Of a stretch of 64,000 bases of DNA, positions 48,619 to 60,157 are shown piece by piece (positions within the stretch are counted from its first letter, which is position 1; every line of letters begins with the position of its first letter). Origin of the DNA: Thecamonas trahens ATCC 50062 (lineage: Eukaryota > Protista > Apusomonadida); assembly GCF_000142905.1 (NCBI RefSeq), contig NW_013657656.1:179369-243368 (forward strand). Direction: 5' to 3'. A model generated the notes under the pieces. The model worked only from the letters and a program-made list of their open reading frames with translations. It was not told where the DNA came from and ran no database searches. The position numbers and the translations under genes were made by a program.

Positions 48619-51600
48619 ATGGGCAATGTCTCGTCGCTGGCCTTCGCCAAGCACAAGCGCAAGTTCACCACCACCACGTACTTGGAGGACGTGCCGGTGT
48701 ACGAGTTCGTGACGGCGCTCAACAACAACGGGAGGTTCTTCAAGACGCTCCACTGCACACATGCTGAAGGCCATGTCGTCCTCAAGGTCTTTGCCAAGCG
48801 TGGCAGCCTCACTGAGCTCTCGCCCTTTGAGGTCATTGTTAAGGAGCCGTTCTACCGCATCTCGCCAGAGACCGCCCCCAACCTGCTCGCCTTCTCCGCC
48901 TTTGCTGAGACCGACAAGGCCGGCTTTATGGCCCGCCCCTACGTGTACAAGGACTTGTATGACCGCCTCTCTACCCGCCCGTTCCTAGCACACGTGGAAA
49001 AGCTGTGGATCGCCTTCCAGCTCCTCGCCGCTCTCGAGCAGATGGCCGATGTCGGCCTTGCCCACGGCGATATCAAGACCGAGAACGTTCTCGTCACCTC
49101 CTGGGGTTGGCTCTTCCTCTCTGACTTTGCCCAAGCTATCAAGCCGACTCTCATTCCGCAGGACAATCCGGTCGACTTTTCGTTCTTCTTTGACTCGTCT
49201 GGCCGCCGCGCCTGCTTTGTTGCTCCAGAACGGTTCTACGACTCGGCCACAGGCCTGCCCGACGATGTCACCGGCCCTGTTACCCAGGCCATGGATGTCT
49301 TCTCTGCCGGCTGCGTCATCGCAGAGCTCTTCCTGGAAGACACGCCGCTATTTTACCTCGCCGATCTCCTCCGCTACCGCGAGGGCAAGTTTGACCCGGC
49401 GCTCCGTCTCGCCGCGCTTGGCAACCGCCCGCTTGAAGAGCTCATCCTCTCCATGGTTGCCCTCGACCCGCTCGCCCGGCCTACGCCCTCAGTCCTCCTC
49501 GCGTCGCCGCTCTTCCCGGCCTACTTTGCCTCGGACCTCCACCCGCTGCTGGCCACCATGCCGGCCGCCAACCCCGACGACCGTCTCGCCGCGCTCGCCC
49601 ACGCCTTTCCGAGCCTTTTGCAGACCATTGCAGACCTTCCCGCCCCACCGCGGCTCCCGCCGTCGCGACTGGCGGCATACTCGGGCTCGCCAGCGTCGTC
49701 GCCTAACGCTTCACTGCACTCGCCGTCTTCGACCGACCAGTCAGGCTCGCCGGCATCGGTGCCGTCCCTGCGCAGTAAGGAGCTCCCGCAGCACCTGGCA
49801 AAAGACACCACAACCGCGTTCCGCGAGCTCAAGCAGTTTATTTCGCGACTCGAGGGCTCTGCCGCCGACACGCCCGCGCTCGCCACAAGTTCAAGCCGCG
49901 CGTCAGCGACCGCGTCGACGCCCGCCATCCCCGCGCCGCGCCCGCCGACCTACCCCGCACCCATCCCTGCAGCCGTCACCTACCTCGCCCACAAGCAAGC
50001 AGTACCAGACGATGGCGCGCTCATTGTCCTCGCGCTTGTCTGCTCCTCGCTCGCCGCCGCTCGCTACCCCGTCTCGCGAGTTGCCGGCCTCGACATGCTT
50101 GCCCAGGGCGCGCTGTTCATCCGCGACGCGTTCATGCTCGAACGGACGCTGCCGTACACGCTCTCGCTCATCGGCGATCGCTCACCGGCGGTCCGCGCCG
50201 CCGTTCTCGAGGGACTCGCGCTCCAGCTACGGACGGTCCGCTCGCTGCCGCGCGCCGAGGTTAATGTCTTTGTCGAGCACATCCTGCCTGCGCTCGAGGG
50301 TCTCGAGGATGACCCGGACGTCCTGGTCCGCACCGCGCTTGCGTCGTCTCTCTCGGACATAGCCCACGCAGCGCTTCTCTTCCTCGAGCTAGGCCAGGTG
50401 TACCGGATCTCACCGCCGACGCCGTCGCCGGCCACAACGCCGCTCTCTACGCCGCGCTCGCTTCTCGCGTCAGCGCTGCTGGACGCGCCGCCCGCGGCGG
50501 CCGCGCCCATCTTTGATGCCCAACTCGACGACCTCAGTACAGCCATCAAGAGCCTCGCCATGGTACTACTGACCGATGCCCAGCCTGTTGTCCGCCGGGC
50601 GCTCCTGCCGCACTTGCCGCAGCTCGCCACTTTCTTCAACCGCTCCGGCTCGTCGGCCTTTCTCCTCTCCCACATGATCACCTACCTCAACGACCGCGAC
50701 TGGCATCTCCGCGCCGAATTTTTTGAGCATGTGGTCGCGGTGGTGGCCGCCACCCGGGTGGGCACCGCCGGTGTCGAGCAGTTCCTCCTTCCGCTCCTCC
50801 ACATCGGGCTTGACGACCCCGAAGAGGCCGTGGTTCACCGTGCGTGTGCATGCGTGACTGCCCTCACGCGACTGCGGCTCATCTCGCACCCGCAACTCGC
50901 GGCGCTCGCCCATCGCATTGCGCCGCTGCTGGGCCACCCAAATCCTTGGATCGGCTATGCTGCTGTTGCGGTGCTGGTTGCGGTTGGTGACCAGTTTGAC
51001 AGCGTTGACGTCCACTGCGTGCTCCTCCCGCTCGCGCGGCCGTACGTCCTCCGCCCGCTTGCCGAGCTCTCCGTCGACGCGCTGCTCGAGTCGCTCCACC
51101 CACCGCTCCCGCGCGAGACGTATACGACTGCGCTTGCCGCACTCGCCGACAACACTGCCGACTTTTGCCACCTTGCCCACGCTCTCGACGCCGACCATGC
51201 CGGTGCAGCCGCAACACAGCTGGGCGGACACACTATGCCGGCTCATGCGTCGGCCGTGGTCGGCCCGGTCCTTCTCCCGCGGCTTGACCCGTGGTGGGTC
51301 CGCGAGTCGCTCGCTGCGAGCGCCCGTGAACTTGCAGGCGACGAGGCGGCTGGCGCGGCATCGCTGACCGCGGCTGCGCTCGAACCGATAGATGAGCTCT
51401 CGCTCAGCCTCCACGATGCGATGGCTGCCATTTTTGATGCAAGTCCACTCCCGCGCGAGCACCTCCCGCTGTTGTGGGCCATGCTCCCCACCTGGTCCAG
51501 CTTGCACTCAAAGGTCGCCGCGGCACCGAGGCGCCAACTGGCGAGTCTGGCCCCAGCCATGTCTCGCTCGCAGCCTTTGCGCCTGTTCGCTCGATCTCGG

Positions 51601-53321
51601 TCCCGATGGCTTCGGTCCGCGAAGCGTCGTCGACAAAGCTCGAGACGCTGCTGGAAGTCATGGGAAGCCAAGGCGGCGCCCCGCTCTCGTGGCTCACATC
51701 GGCGTTGTCGAGTGCTGCGGCGGTGGCAGCGGGCGGAAGCGGTGCAGGTTCAGGGCCGACTGGCTACAAACTCGACGACCTCGAGCTTGGCTCAATTTCT
51801 GAGCTCCCGTCGGAGACCGGCTTCAAGGGCTGGTCGCCGTCAGGTGTCATGGTTGCTCACCTTGCAGAGCATTCCGGGGCAGTGACCGCGCTGGCGACGG
51901 CTGACGACTCGGTCTTCTTTGCGTCGGGCTCGTCCGACGGAAGTGTCAAGATCTGGGACGCCAACGCCCTCGATGGACACCTTGCCGACCGGTCGATGGC
52001 GACGTTTACCGGGAGCGGGAGCGGGGTCACCGCCGTTTCGTTTGTCGAATCGTCGCACTCTGCAGTGGCCGGCTACGCCGACGGCTCGCTGGCTGTGGTG
52101 CGGATCGACTACGCGCCTTTACCGACACCGCCTGGAGCGCGGCGGTACATGCCGCCGACAGTAGTGCGGAGACTCGAAGGCGGCACCGGCGGCGGTGTGG
52201 TGAGCGTGTGCTCGGCGCCGGGCTCGGCGTCGACGATTGTGTTTGCGACCCGGCGCGGGATGCTTGCCGGGTGGGATATGCGCCAGCGGCGGCTGGCGTG
52301 GCAAATGCAGGTGCCGGCCGAGTACGGCCTGGTCTCGGCACTGAGCGTCGATGGATCGGGTGCGTGGATGGCAGCTGGCGGCGTGCGCGGCGTGGTCTCG
52401 CTGTGGGACCTGCGGTTCACGCTCCCGGTCTCGGCATGGGCGCTTCCGGGTAGCGAGCCGATCACCTCGCTCTCCAAGTATCCGTCTCCATGGCAGGCCT
52501 CGTGGCTGGTGGTGGGCGCAGGACGGAATAACTGCGTGTCGGTGTGGGACCTCGGTTCGGCACAGTGCACGCAAGTGTGCAGCGTGGCAAGCCCGAGCGC
52601 GGCAGCGGCAGCGCGGAGCGGATCGAGCCTGCATGGCACGTTTCTCTACGGACCACCGTCGCGGGTCGACACTGCTGTGGCAGCTGCGGCACGAGCGCGG
52701 ATGCTTGCGCCCGGCGAGCGCGGACTGGAGGCCGCGGTCGACGTCGTGATTGCACCCGAGCTGGAGACTGACCATGCGACGTATGCACTGCACTCGCCGT
52801 CAAATGTTTCGTATGTGCTCGCCGGCGGCGGGCAGCGGAGCCTCAGGCTCTGGGACCTCGCCACTGGCAACGCGTCGTACACAGTGTCAGACGGGTCACG
52901 GCTCCACGGACCGTCGCCGATGTACACCACGGAGACGTCGGCAGATGGAGCGACGGCGTTTATCACAGAAGTCCATGGCGCGGCCGGCGGCGGTCGGGCC
53001 AGTGTCAGCTCTGCGCCGGCCAGCTCGTCAGGCCTCAGCCGCGAGCGGGCGGGCACGACGCGAGCCGGAAAGTCTCGGGCCGGAACCGGCGACAGCGGGC
53101 GAGCACGGGCGGCGTCGACCTCCGACGCCAGCGCAGGTGTCAGCGGCGGAAACGGACATGACGCCGGCGAGGCGCACGCCACCGATGGTACAGTTGTCCG
53201 CGGCCCGCGCCCGCCGCCGGCCCATCACGCCGACACCATCCTCGCGATCACGTCTGTGGAGCGGCCGTCCAAGATGGTAGTTTCGGGCAGCCGTGACGGC
53301 GTGGTCAAGGTGTGGAAGTAA
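48619..53321 (+). CDS. VPS15: VPS15/PIK3R4 (pseudokinase, HEAT repeats, WD40); apparent frameshift near 51521
   Basis: MGN myristoylation-type start, LYDRLSTRPFL..VEKLWIAFQLL, HGDIKTENVLVTSWGW, FSFFFDSSGRRACFVAPERF, LLSHMITYLNDRDWHLR; second frame WSPSGVMVAHLAEH...VVSGSRDGVVKVWK. Confidence 0.93.
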
Positions 53322-53371
53322 ACGCTGTTGCTACACGCGGCTGCGTAAAGGTGGCAAGTGGGACAGGTGTG

Positions 53372-55111
53372 TTAGCGCGCGCAAGTGGAACAGAGCTGCA
53401 CACCGTCGGCATCGGCGACAATCATGGGCGCCGAGTGCGGGAGGAAGGAGAAGCACGAGGCACAGAGCCACTCGACCGAGACAACGAGGCCATCGGGGAG
53501 AGCGCCGGCCTCGCCGATGCCTCCGGACTGGAGCTCATGGTCGTAGCAGGCAAGCGCCATGTGGACGACCGGGTGGTGCTCGTCCTCCAGCATGTCTGCC
53601 ATGGTGAGGTTGAGCGAGAGGAAGGCAGCAAAGGCGGCCGAGGGCGACGAAGCGTGCCGGATGCCGCGGACGCGGATGCGACGGGCAAGCCATGGGTCGT
53701 ACGCCTCAGTCTGCTTGGTAAACTGACCGCGCTCGATGGAAGAGCCGGCGGCGACGTCTGCGGTGATGCGGTCGACGAGAGCCTGGAGTAACATGTCTGC
53801 CGCGAGGTACTCGTGCTGACGGATGAGCGAGAAGATGAGGTGGCGGTAGACGTACTCAATGTCTTGGGTGGCGACCATTGAGTCTGCCAGCTGCGCGGAA
53901 CACGCTTCCCAGGCAATGACGTCGTCTGAAATCATAGGGCCGAGCGAGTTGGCCTCGGAGCGCGCGAGGGCGGCGGCAAAGTCGGCCGGCCCGCGGATGG
54001 AGGCGAGGGCAGCTGCGTAGCGCGAGGCAACGGCGGTAATGGCCGTGTTGGAGACCACAGCAGCAGTGAGGAGCGAGAGGGCCTTGCCGTCTGTGGAGAG
54101 CGTGAGCGGGGCGAGCTCGGCCTGGAGCGCAACGGCGAAGCGCGACTTGATGGCAGCGATGGCGTCGGAGACCATGTTGATGGCGTCGGGAACCATCTCG
54201 TTGAGCGACTCTTCCTCGCCCTCGAGGCGAGTCCACTGCAGCAGGGCGTCAGTGTAGGCACCGGCGCGCGCCGAGATCATGATTTGCCCGGCGAGAGCAT
54301 GGACGCGGTTGCGGACGACGAGCGGGTGGAGCTCGTGAAGCCAGCCGTCAAAAAGCTCATGAGCAACGTCAGAGGCCGAGTCTGCGAGAGCCTGGAACAG
54401 GCCGCGGGTGTCGAGGATGTCGAGGGCGCGGAGGATGAGCCAGACGACCGAGGCTGGGCGGACGCGGAAACGGGCCCAGATGACGTTGCAGTGTGCAATG
54501 GCGACCTGGACAAGGGTGACGGCAGTGTTCTCCACCTGGGCGTCGGTGAGGTTCCCGTGCTCGTCAAGAGCCTTTGCCCAGTGGTTGATCTTGAACATGC
54601 GAGCTGTGGCGTCGCCGACGGTGTACGCGTCGAGCCACGAGCCAAACTCGCCGTCAAGGACGCCACCGACCTCGTTGTTGACGCCACGGGTACAGGCGAT
54701 GACGGCGTCGGCCTCGCGGCGGGTCTGCTCGCACTGCGAGAGGACAGGCGAGGCAGCCAGAGGCGTGGTCTGCATGGCCTGCTTGGCAGCCTGGGCAAGG
54801 GCCTCGGGCGCCCCAGCGCCGCCAACACGAATTCCGACGCCATCCAAGGCTGCAAGAGCCTTGCCCGAGAGGCGGGTCGTCTGCAAGGTCTTGGCCACGT
54901 AGCCCATGAGCAGCGGGCGGAGGCAAGCCGATGGCGCAGCAGGGTCTGCCGTGCCGTAGGTGGCCTCGAGGACGGAGACCACCTTGCAAAAGTACGCCAC
55001 AGCGTCCTCGGGTGCACCCGTGGCCAGGACGTGGCTCAGCCTCGCCTCCCAGTCGTCCTCCAGCTGCGACCGGATGTGCACCTGCTGCGGCGAGAGTGCT
55101 GCCATCGCCAT
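53372..55111 (-). CDS. Hypothetical helical protein with C-terminal CxxC...CxxC zinc-binding motif
   Basis: 579 aa from ATG 55111; ends WLCASCFSFLPHSAPMIVADADGVQLCSTCAR. Confidence 0.7.
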   Translation of the reverse strand: MAMAALSPQQVHIRSQLEDDWEARLSHVLATGAPEDAVAYFCKVVSVLEATYGTADPAAPSACLRPLLMGYVAKTLQTTRLSGKALAALDGVGIRVGGAGAPEALAQAAKQAMQTTPLAASPVLSQCEQTRREADAVIACTRGVNNEVGGVLDGEFGSWLDAYTVGDATARMFKINHWAKALDEHGNLTDAQVENTAVTLVQVAIAHCNVIWARFRVRPASVVWLILRALDILDTRGLFQALADSASDVAHELFDGWLHELHPLVVRNRVHALAGQIMISARAGAYTDALLQWTRLEGEEESLNEMVPDAINMVSDAIAAIKSRFAVALQAELAPLTLSTDGKALSLLTAAVVSNTAITAVASRYAAALASIRGPADFAAALARSEANSLGPMISDDVIAWEACSAQLADSMVATQDIEYVYRHLIFSLIRQHEYLAADMLLQALVDRITADVAAGSSIERGQFTKQTEAYDPWLARRIRVRGIRHASSPSAAFAAFLSLNLTMADMLEDEHHPVVHMALACYDHELQSGGIGEAGALPDGLVVSVEWLCASCFSFLPHSAPMIVADADGVQLCSTCAR

Positions 55112-55875
55112 GCTCGGGTCACGGGGGGAGAGGGCGTGCGGGTCCGACGACGTCTTCCTTACCTTGCTCTCCAAGCTGCAGAGCAGAAAGTCGAGTGCCT
55201 TCCTCCCCCGCTCCAACACTCCGTCGCTCCCCTCCCTGCATGTTGAGCGTGTCCCCGGCGGCTGGCTTCCCGGGCACCTTTTTCGCCGCACCTCCGCACC
55301 CTCACCGGAACGTCACTACGGACCACTCACGCTGCTCACACCCACCACTTTGTGTGCCATCTCTTCTACTACCTGCCGCCCTCCGCCCACTTGCCGTCCA
55401 TGCCCGTCTCTCTCCCGCAGCCCGCCCCTCGCTCCCGATGACCGTGATTTTGATTGACTCGGCCCCACGCGTGCGTGACGGCCATTCCACGCCGTCACAC
55501 AGCCGGCGGCTTTGCTGCTTTCGGCTATGAGTGACGAACATTCCATGGAAGGCTCCCGATGATGGGACTCTGCCGTCATGGCCCACATCCATGGGAGGCT
55601 TGCCGCATCGCCATGATCAAGACTATCCCGGCAACACATGGGACATGGACTTGGAGACGGTCGCTTTCATACCGCCGCTGGCTGCGCCAGTCTTCATGAC
55701 AGCTGCTTGATTGACTTGAAGCAAACGGTGCTTGGCAAGCCTTTTGCGCGGCGACTCGCCGGCTGCCGGCTGGCTCGCCGGCTGGCTCGTGCTACGGGCG
55801 ATGGTCAAACCACGACCTTTTTGAGGACAGCACACCACTCGGCCCCGTTCCGCGGCCGCCAGCTCCTGCACCGCC

Positions 55876-58746
55876 ATGACGACGACGTCGACGCAGGCGC
55901 CCGTCGGCGACTTCCTGGATGTGTCGCCTGGCGAGTATGTGGAGCTGCTTGCCGAGTTTGTCGAGGCGTATTGTCTGGCGGACATCGAGCGGCTGCTCGA
56001 CGAGCCCGAGCCCGAGGTCTGCTACGGTGTGGCGGTGTCTGTGGTCGAGTTCATGCAGCACAACGTCGAGCTATGCCACATGGTGCTCGGCCACGCACTC
56101 GAGCTGCTACCGCTGTTCGACACCGCGCTGCGGGCGGTGCAGAAAAAGGTGCTGGCGCGAGCGCCGCGGTCGGCCACGGGCGTGGCGCGGAGCTTCAAGG
56201 CCAACTGCAGAGCGCGGCTGTGCTCGCTCCCGGTCTCGCCGCAGACCATCAAGAACAACCTGCCGCGGTCGTGCGACTATGGCCTGTTTGTCTCGGTCAC
56301 CGGAACCATTATCCGGACCGGCATGCTCAAGTCGCTCGAGGCCGAGCGCGAGTACGAATGCTCCAAGTGCAAGACCATTGTGACGGCGGCGGCGGACCTC
56401 GAGCGGTACAACGTGATCAACAAGCCGAGCCGGTGCACCAACACCGACTGCGCCTCGACGTCGTTCACCCTCTTTTCCGAGCTCGGCCTCTGTCGCGACT
56501 ACCAAGAGATCAAGCTGCAGGAGAAGATGACGTCGCTGGCGGTGGGCAAGATCCCGCGCTCGCTGGTGGTCATTCTGCAGGACGACCTGGTCGACTCGTG
56601 CAAAGCCGGCGACGACGTCACCGTCTGCGGCATTGTGCTCCGTCGGTGGAAGCGCGAGAAGGTGGACGAGCGCGCCGAGCTCGAGCTCATTGTGCTTGCC
56701 AACCACGTCCAGGTTAACAACCAGTCGCGCGAAGGCTTCACACTCTCGGACGAGATGCGGCGCGAGCTGATGGTGTTCTGGCAGAGTCATCAGGACGCGC
56801 CGCTTGTTGGGCGCAACGTCATCCTCGGCTCGATCTGTCCACAGATCTTTGGTATGTACATCATCAAGATGGCGGTGGCCATCGTGCTTGTCGGCGCCGT
56901 GCAGAGCGTCGACACCTCCGGCCTCAAGGTCCGCGGTGAGTCGCACTTGTTGCTGGTCGGCGATCCCGGGACCGGCAAGTCCCAGTTTCTCAAGTACGCT
57001 GCCAAGCTCGCGCCGCGCTCGGTCCTCACCACCGGCATCGGCTCGACCAACGCCGGCCTCACAGTAACTGCGGTCAAGGACGCCGGCGGCGAGTGGATGC
57101 TCGAGGCCGGCGCTCTGGTCCTTGCCGATGGCGGCTTTTGCTGCATTGACGAGTTTGACTCGATCCGTGCCCACGACCGCGCCACCATTCACGAGGCCAT
57201 GGAGCAGCAAACGCTGTCGGTGGCCAAGGCCGGGTTGGTATGCAAGCTATCGACGAGGACCTCGGTCTTTGCCGCTTGTAATCCCAAGGGCAAGTACGAT
57301 CCGACCCAGTCGCTCTCGGTCAACACCGCCATTCCCTCGCCGCTGCTCTCGCGGTTCGACCTCTGCTTTGTCCTCCTCGACGAGCAGGCCGAGGCATGGG
57401 ACGCTCTCGTCTCGGCACACATTCTCAAGAACCACACCAAGCCGCGCGACGATGGCGAGCGTGACGACGACGCCGCCACCGCCGGCGGCCACTCTGGCTT
57501 GTCCGGTCGGCAGTCGCGGTCGGCGCGCGGGACCGTCGGGGCCTCGGGCCGCCCAGCCTCGATGTCGTTCTCGCTCGGTGGGCGCTCGTCACGGTCCAGC
57601 GAGGATCCGTCGCGCTCGAGCGACCCGGCGCTTCCGGCGCCCGAGGTCGATCCGTGGTCAATGGAGAAGCTGCGTGCATACATTGCCCTTGCCAAAGCGG
57701 TGTGCCACCCGCGGCTCACCGCGCCCGCCGAAGTCATCCTCAAAACGTACTACCAGCTTCAACGGCAGGCCGACTCGCGCAACGCAGCGCGGACCACGCT
57801 GCGGCTCCTCGAGTCGCTTGTCCGCCTCGCACAGGGCCACGCGCGGCTCATGTTCCGCGAACGCGTCCTCATCCAGGACGCCATTGTGGCGGTGACGCTC
57901 ATGGAGGCCTCGATGCACACGTACGCACTCCTGGGTGTGACCTCAGCGCTCCATTCCGGCTTCCCTGACGATCCCGAGCTCGAGTACGGCGCGCAGCGCT
58001 CGCTCATTCTGGACAGGCTCCAGCTCGCGCACCTTGTCGACGACCCAGACGATGTGGACGACGCGCGCCAGGTCTTCTTCGAGACCTGGCTCTCGCAGCC
58101 ATCGTCGCAGAGGGTCCGCCGACTCAACGGACTTGTCTCGTCGCAGGGCGGCGGCGGCGGCGCTGGGCCTGCGCGCCGCACCGCCGTCGGCCCGTCGCGA
58201 TCCAAGTGGTCCAAGTACGTGACTGGCGGCGGTGGCGACGAGAGTGAGAGCGACGACTCGCAGTCGAGTTCAGGCGACGGCGGCGGCGATGACGACATCG
58301 GCCACAGCGATGTGGGCCATCGGCCGTCCACGTTCGATGACACGTCCACCACACCAGCCACCGCCGTCACTTCGGCCGCCTTTCGGCCGCCAGCCGGCAT
58401 CGCGCCGCAGCTCCCGGCGCATCACGGGGACTCTGGCCCGCCACTGAGGCCGGCCACGGTCTCCTCGCCAGCGCCAGTCCAAGCATCTGGCCTGGCTGGC
58501 TCGACTATCCTGACTGGCGGCAGCGAGCCGACGCCGAGTCAGGGGCCGGTGGCGCCGAGCGTGCCGCGTCCTGAGCTCTCGGCCGGGCCCCTCGCGCCGA
58601 CTGGTGCCAACGGGACCGCTGCTCATGAGCTCGACGCCGACGACGACGACGATCTGCCAACCATTCCCACCGATGACCTGCTTATTCCTGACACGCCGCC
58701 CGTGGCGGTCTCGAGCCTCTCGCTCCGGCGGCGGCCGTTCCATTGA
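55876..58746 (+). CDS. MCM9: DNA helicase MCM9
   Basis: Zn finger CSKC...[17 protein letters not shown], Walker [67 protein letters not shown] (MCM9-type). Confidence 0.92.
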   Translation: MTTTSTQAPVGDFLDVSPGEYVELLAEFVEAYCLADIERLLDEPEPEVCYGVAVSVVEFMQHNVELCHMVLGHALELLPLFDTALRAVQKKVLARAPRSATGVARSFKANCRARLCSLPVSPQTIKNNLPRSCDYGLFVSVTGTIIRTGMLKSLEAEREYECSKCKTIVTAAADLERYNVINKPSRCTNTDCASTSFTLFSELGLCRDYQEIKLQEKMTSLAVGKIPRSLVVILQDDLVDSCKAGDDVTVCGIVLRRWKREKVDERAELELIVLANHVQVNNQSREGFTLSDEMRRELMVFWQSHQDAPLVGRNVILGSICPQIFGMYIIKMAVAIVLVGAVQSVDTSGLKVRGESHLLLVGDPGTGKSQFLKYAAKLAPRSVLTTGIGSTNAGLTVTAVKDAGGEWMLEAGALVLADGGFCCIDEFDSIRAHDRATIHEAMEQQTLSVAKAGLVCKLSTRTSVFAACNPKGKYDPTQSLSVNTAIPSPLLSRFDLCFVLLDEQAEAWDALVSAHILKNHTKPRDDGERDDDAATAGGHSGLSGRQSRSARGTVGASGRPASMSFSLGGRSSRSSEDPSRSSDPALPAPEVDPWSMEKLRAYIALAKAVCHPRLTAPAEVILKTYYQLQRQADSRNAARTTLRLLESLVRLAQGHARLMFRERVLIQDAIVAVTLMEASMHTYALLGVTSALHSGFPDDPELEYGAQRSLILDRLQLAHLVDDPDDVDDARQVFFETWLSQPSSQRVRRLNGLVSSQGGGGGAGPARRTAVGPSRSKWSKYVTGGGGDESESDDSQSSSGDGGGDDDIGHSDVGHRPSTFDDTSTTPATAVTSAAFRPPAGIAPQLPAHHGDSGPPLRPATVSSPAPVQASGLAGSTILTGGSEPTPSQGPVAPSVPRPELSAGPLAPTGANGTAAHELDADDDDDLPTIPTDDLLIPDTPPVAVSSLSLRRRPFH

Positions 58747-58773
58747 ACTCGGCGTGGCGAATGCGGGAGCGGA

Positions 58774-60000
58774 ATGAGCGACACAGCTCTCCCCGCCCAA
58801 CCAAACGGGATGGATCCCAACTCACACTACGAGCTCCCGACGTACGAGGATGCCGTGGCAGCCAACGGACCGGTGCGAGTGCGGCCCAGGCCGCCACCGA
58901 CACCGCCGCCGCGGAGTGCTGTCACACCTGCCGTGCCACCGCTGCCACGACCAGGTGCGAACGGCGACGCCGAAGCCGGCCAGCCGGCGCGGCCGACCGG
59001 AATGGCGGCGTACCGGACGCAGGGCGCAGCAGGGGCGGACGAGTCGTCTGAAGTCGAGCTGCGGTCGACGGCGTGCGGGCGGTGCTGCGGCGGGTGGTAC
59101 ACGCGGCTCATGCTGGTGGCGCAACTGCTCATGTACGCGGCGGCGACGGGTGGGGTCATGTGGCTCGGCTATGCAACGGGCAATCCGGCGATCCCACTCT
59201 CGCTCGGTCTGGTGAGCTTTATCGTTGTCATGCCGTGTCTCTCGCTGTTCTGCTGCTACCTGCCGTGTGCGTTGGCGCTCGACGAGTCGATCGAAGCGCA
59301 GTGGGATGAGCACGAGGACCTGTACCTCGGGGCGTGCACGTTGACAGCGATGGCGCTGGCGATCGCGTGCTGTGTGGTGGCGTCGGCAGCCGGGGTGTTC
59401 TCGGCCGAGCTAGGCGCGCTATCGAATCCGGACCTGCGGTGGTCGGGCGCGGTACCTGCCGATCAGTCGCCGCAGCTGCTGGCGCTCTCGGAGAAGCGGT
59501 TCTTCTCGTTTGCGGCGATGGAGATGCCGATCTCGGTGACCGGCGTACACGTGTCTAAGCAAAAACGCAAATCGGGCGTTTTGCTCCTGCCAACGCTCGC
59601 CACGCCAATCACGGCCCCCAACGGGACCGAGGTCAACGTGTGGGCGTGCGCGTGCACCAAGCCGCGCTCGTACGGCTGCCGCCAGTTCCCGGCAGTCGAT
59701 GTGACGTCGGGTGATCGGCAGGGAGCGTGGCGGAAGCCAAGCATCAACGGTGGCGTCAGAGTGACTTCCAAGAAGCTGCTGGACGTGTGCCGACGGGCAG
59801 CCGGCGACGCAGTCAACAAGCGTGGCTTCCGGGACCAGTATCAGCTCGGGCTCCCTGTCCATGAAGCGGTCTTCATCGAGTGGGCCTCCCTCCCGCGGTA
59901 CCGCACAAAGCTGTACGTCATCATTTGGTCGGTGACGGCCTCGTTTGGCGGCGCCGCCCTTGTGTTTGTCCTCTGCTGGTGCGGCATCGTGGACAATTAG
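58774..60000 (+). CDS. Four-TM membrane protein with large Cys-containing loop, paralog A
   Basis: Three clustered TM segments, a loop of about 170 aa and a final TM; N-terminal LPTYEDAV (PY-like) motif. Confidence 0.78.
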   Translation: MSDTALPAQPNGMDPNSHYELPTYEDAVAANGPVRVRPRPPPTPPPRSAVTPAVPPLPRPGANGDAEAGQPARPTGMAAYRTQGAAGADESSEVELRSTACGRCCGGWYTRLMLVAQLLMYAAATGGVMWLGYATGNPAIPLSLGLVSFIVVMPCLSLFCCYLPCALALDESIEAQWDEHEDLYLGACTLTAMALAIACCVVASAAGVFSAELGALSNPDLRWSGAVPADQSPQLLALSEKRFFSFAAMEMPISVTGVHVSKQKRKSGVLLLPTLATPITAPNGTEVNVWACACTKPRSYGCRQFPAVDVTSGDRQGAWRKPSINGGVRVTSKKLLDVCRRAAGDAVNKRGFRDQYQLGLPVHEAVFIEWASLPRYRTKLYVIIWSVTASFGGAALVFVLCWCGIVDN

Positions 60001-60157
60001 CTGTCGCCGGAAGCCTGCAGGTGTGCCTCGTTTTGCCCATTTTTTTTTTGTTTTTGCGGTTCGCTCGCGGTTCTGCCCTGCGTAGCTCCCGCTAGCGTGA
60101 GGCTGAAGGTGATGCGGAAGACCTCGTTGGCATAGCTCCACTTGTCCCGCTGCAAGA

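Noticed and set aside
18904-53321. ATG11, VPS15, two TBC proteins and NMT as an autophagy or trafficking cluster
   Set aside because: Interspersed with unrelated housekeeping genes; such genes are common enough for chance proximity.
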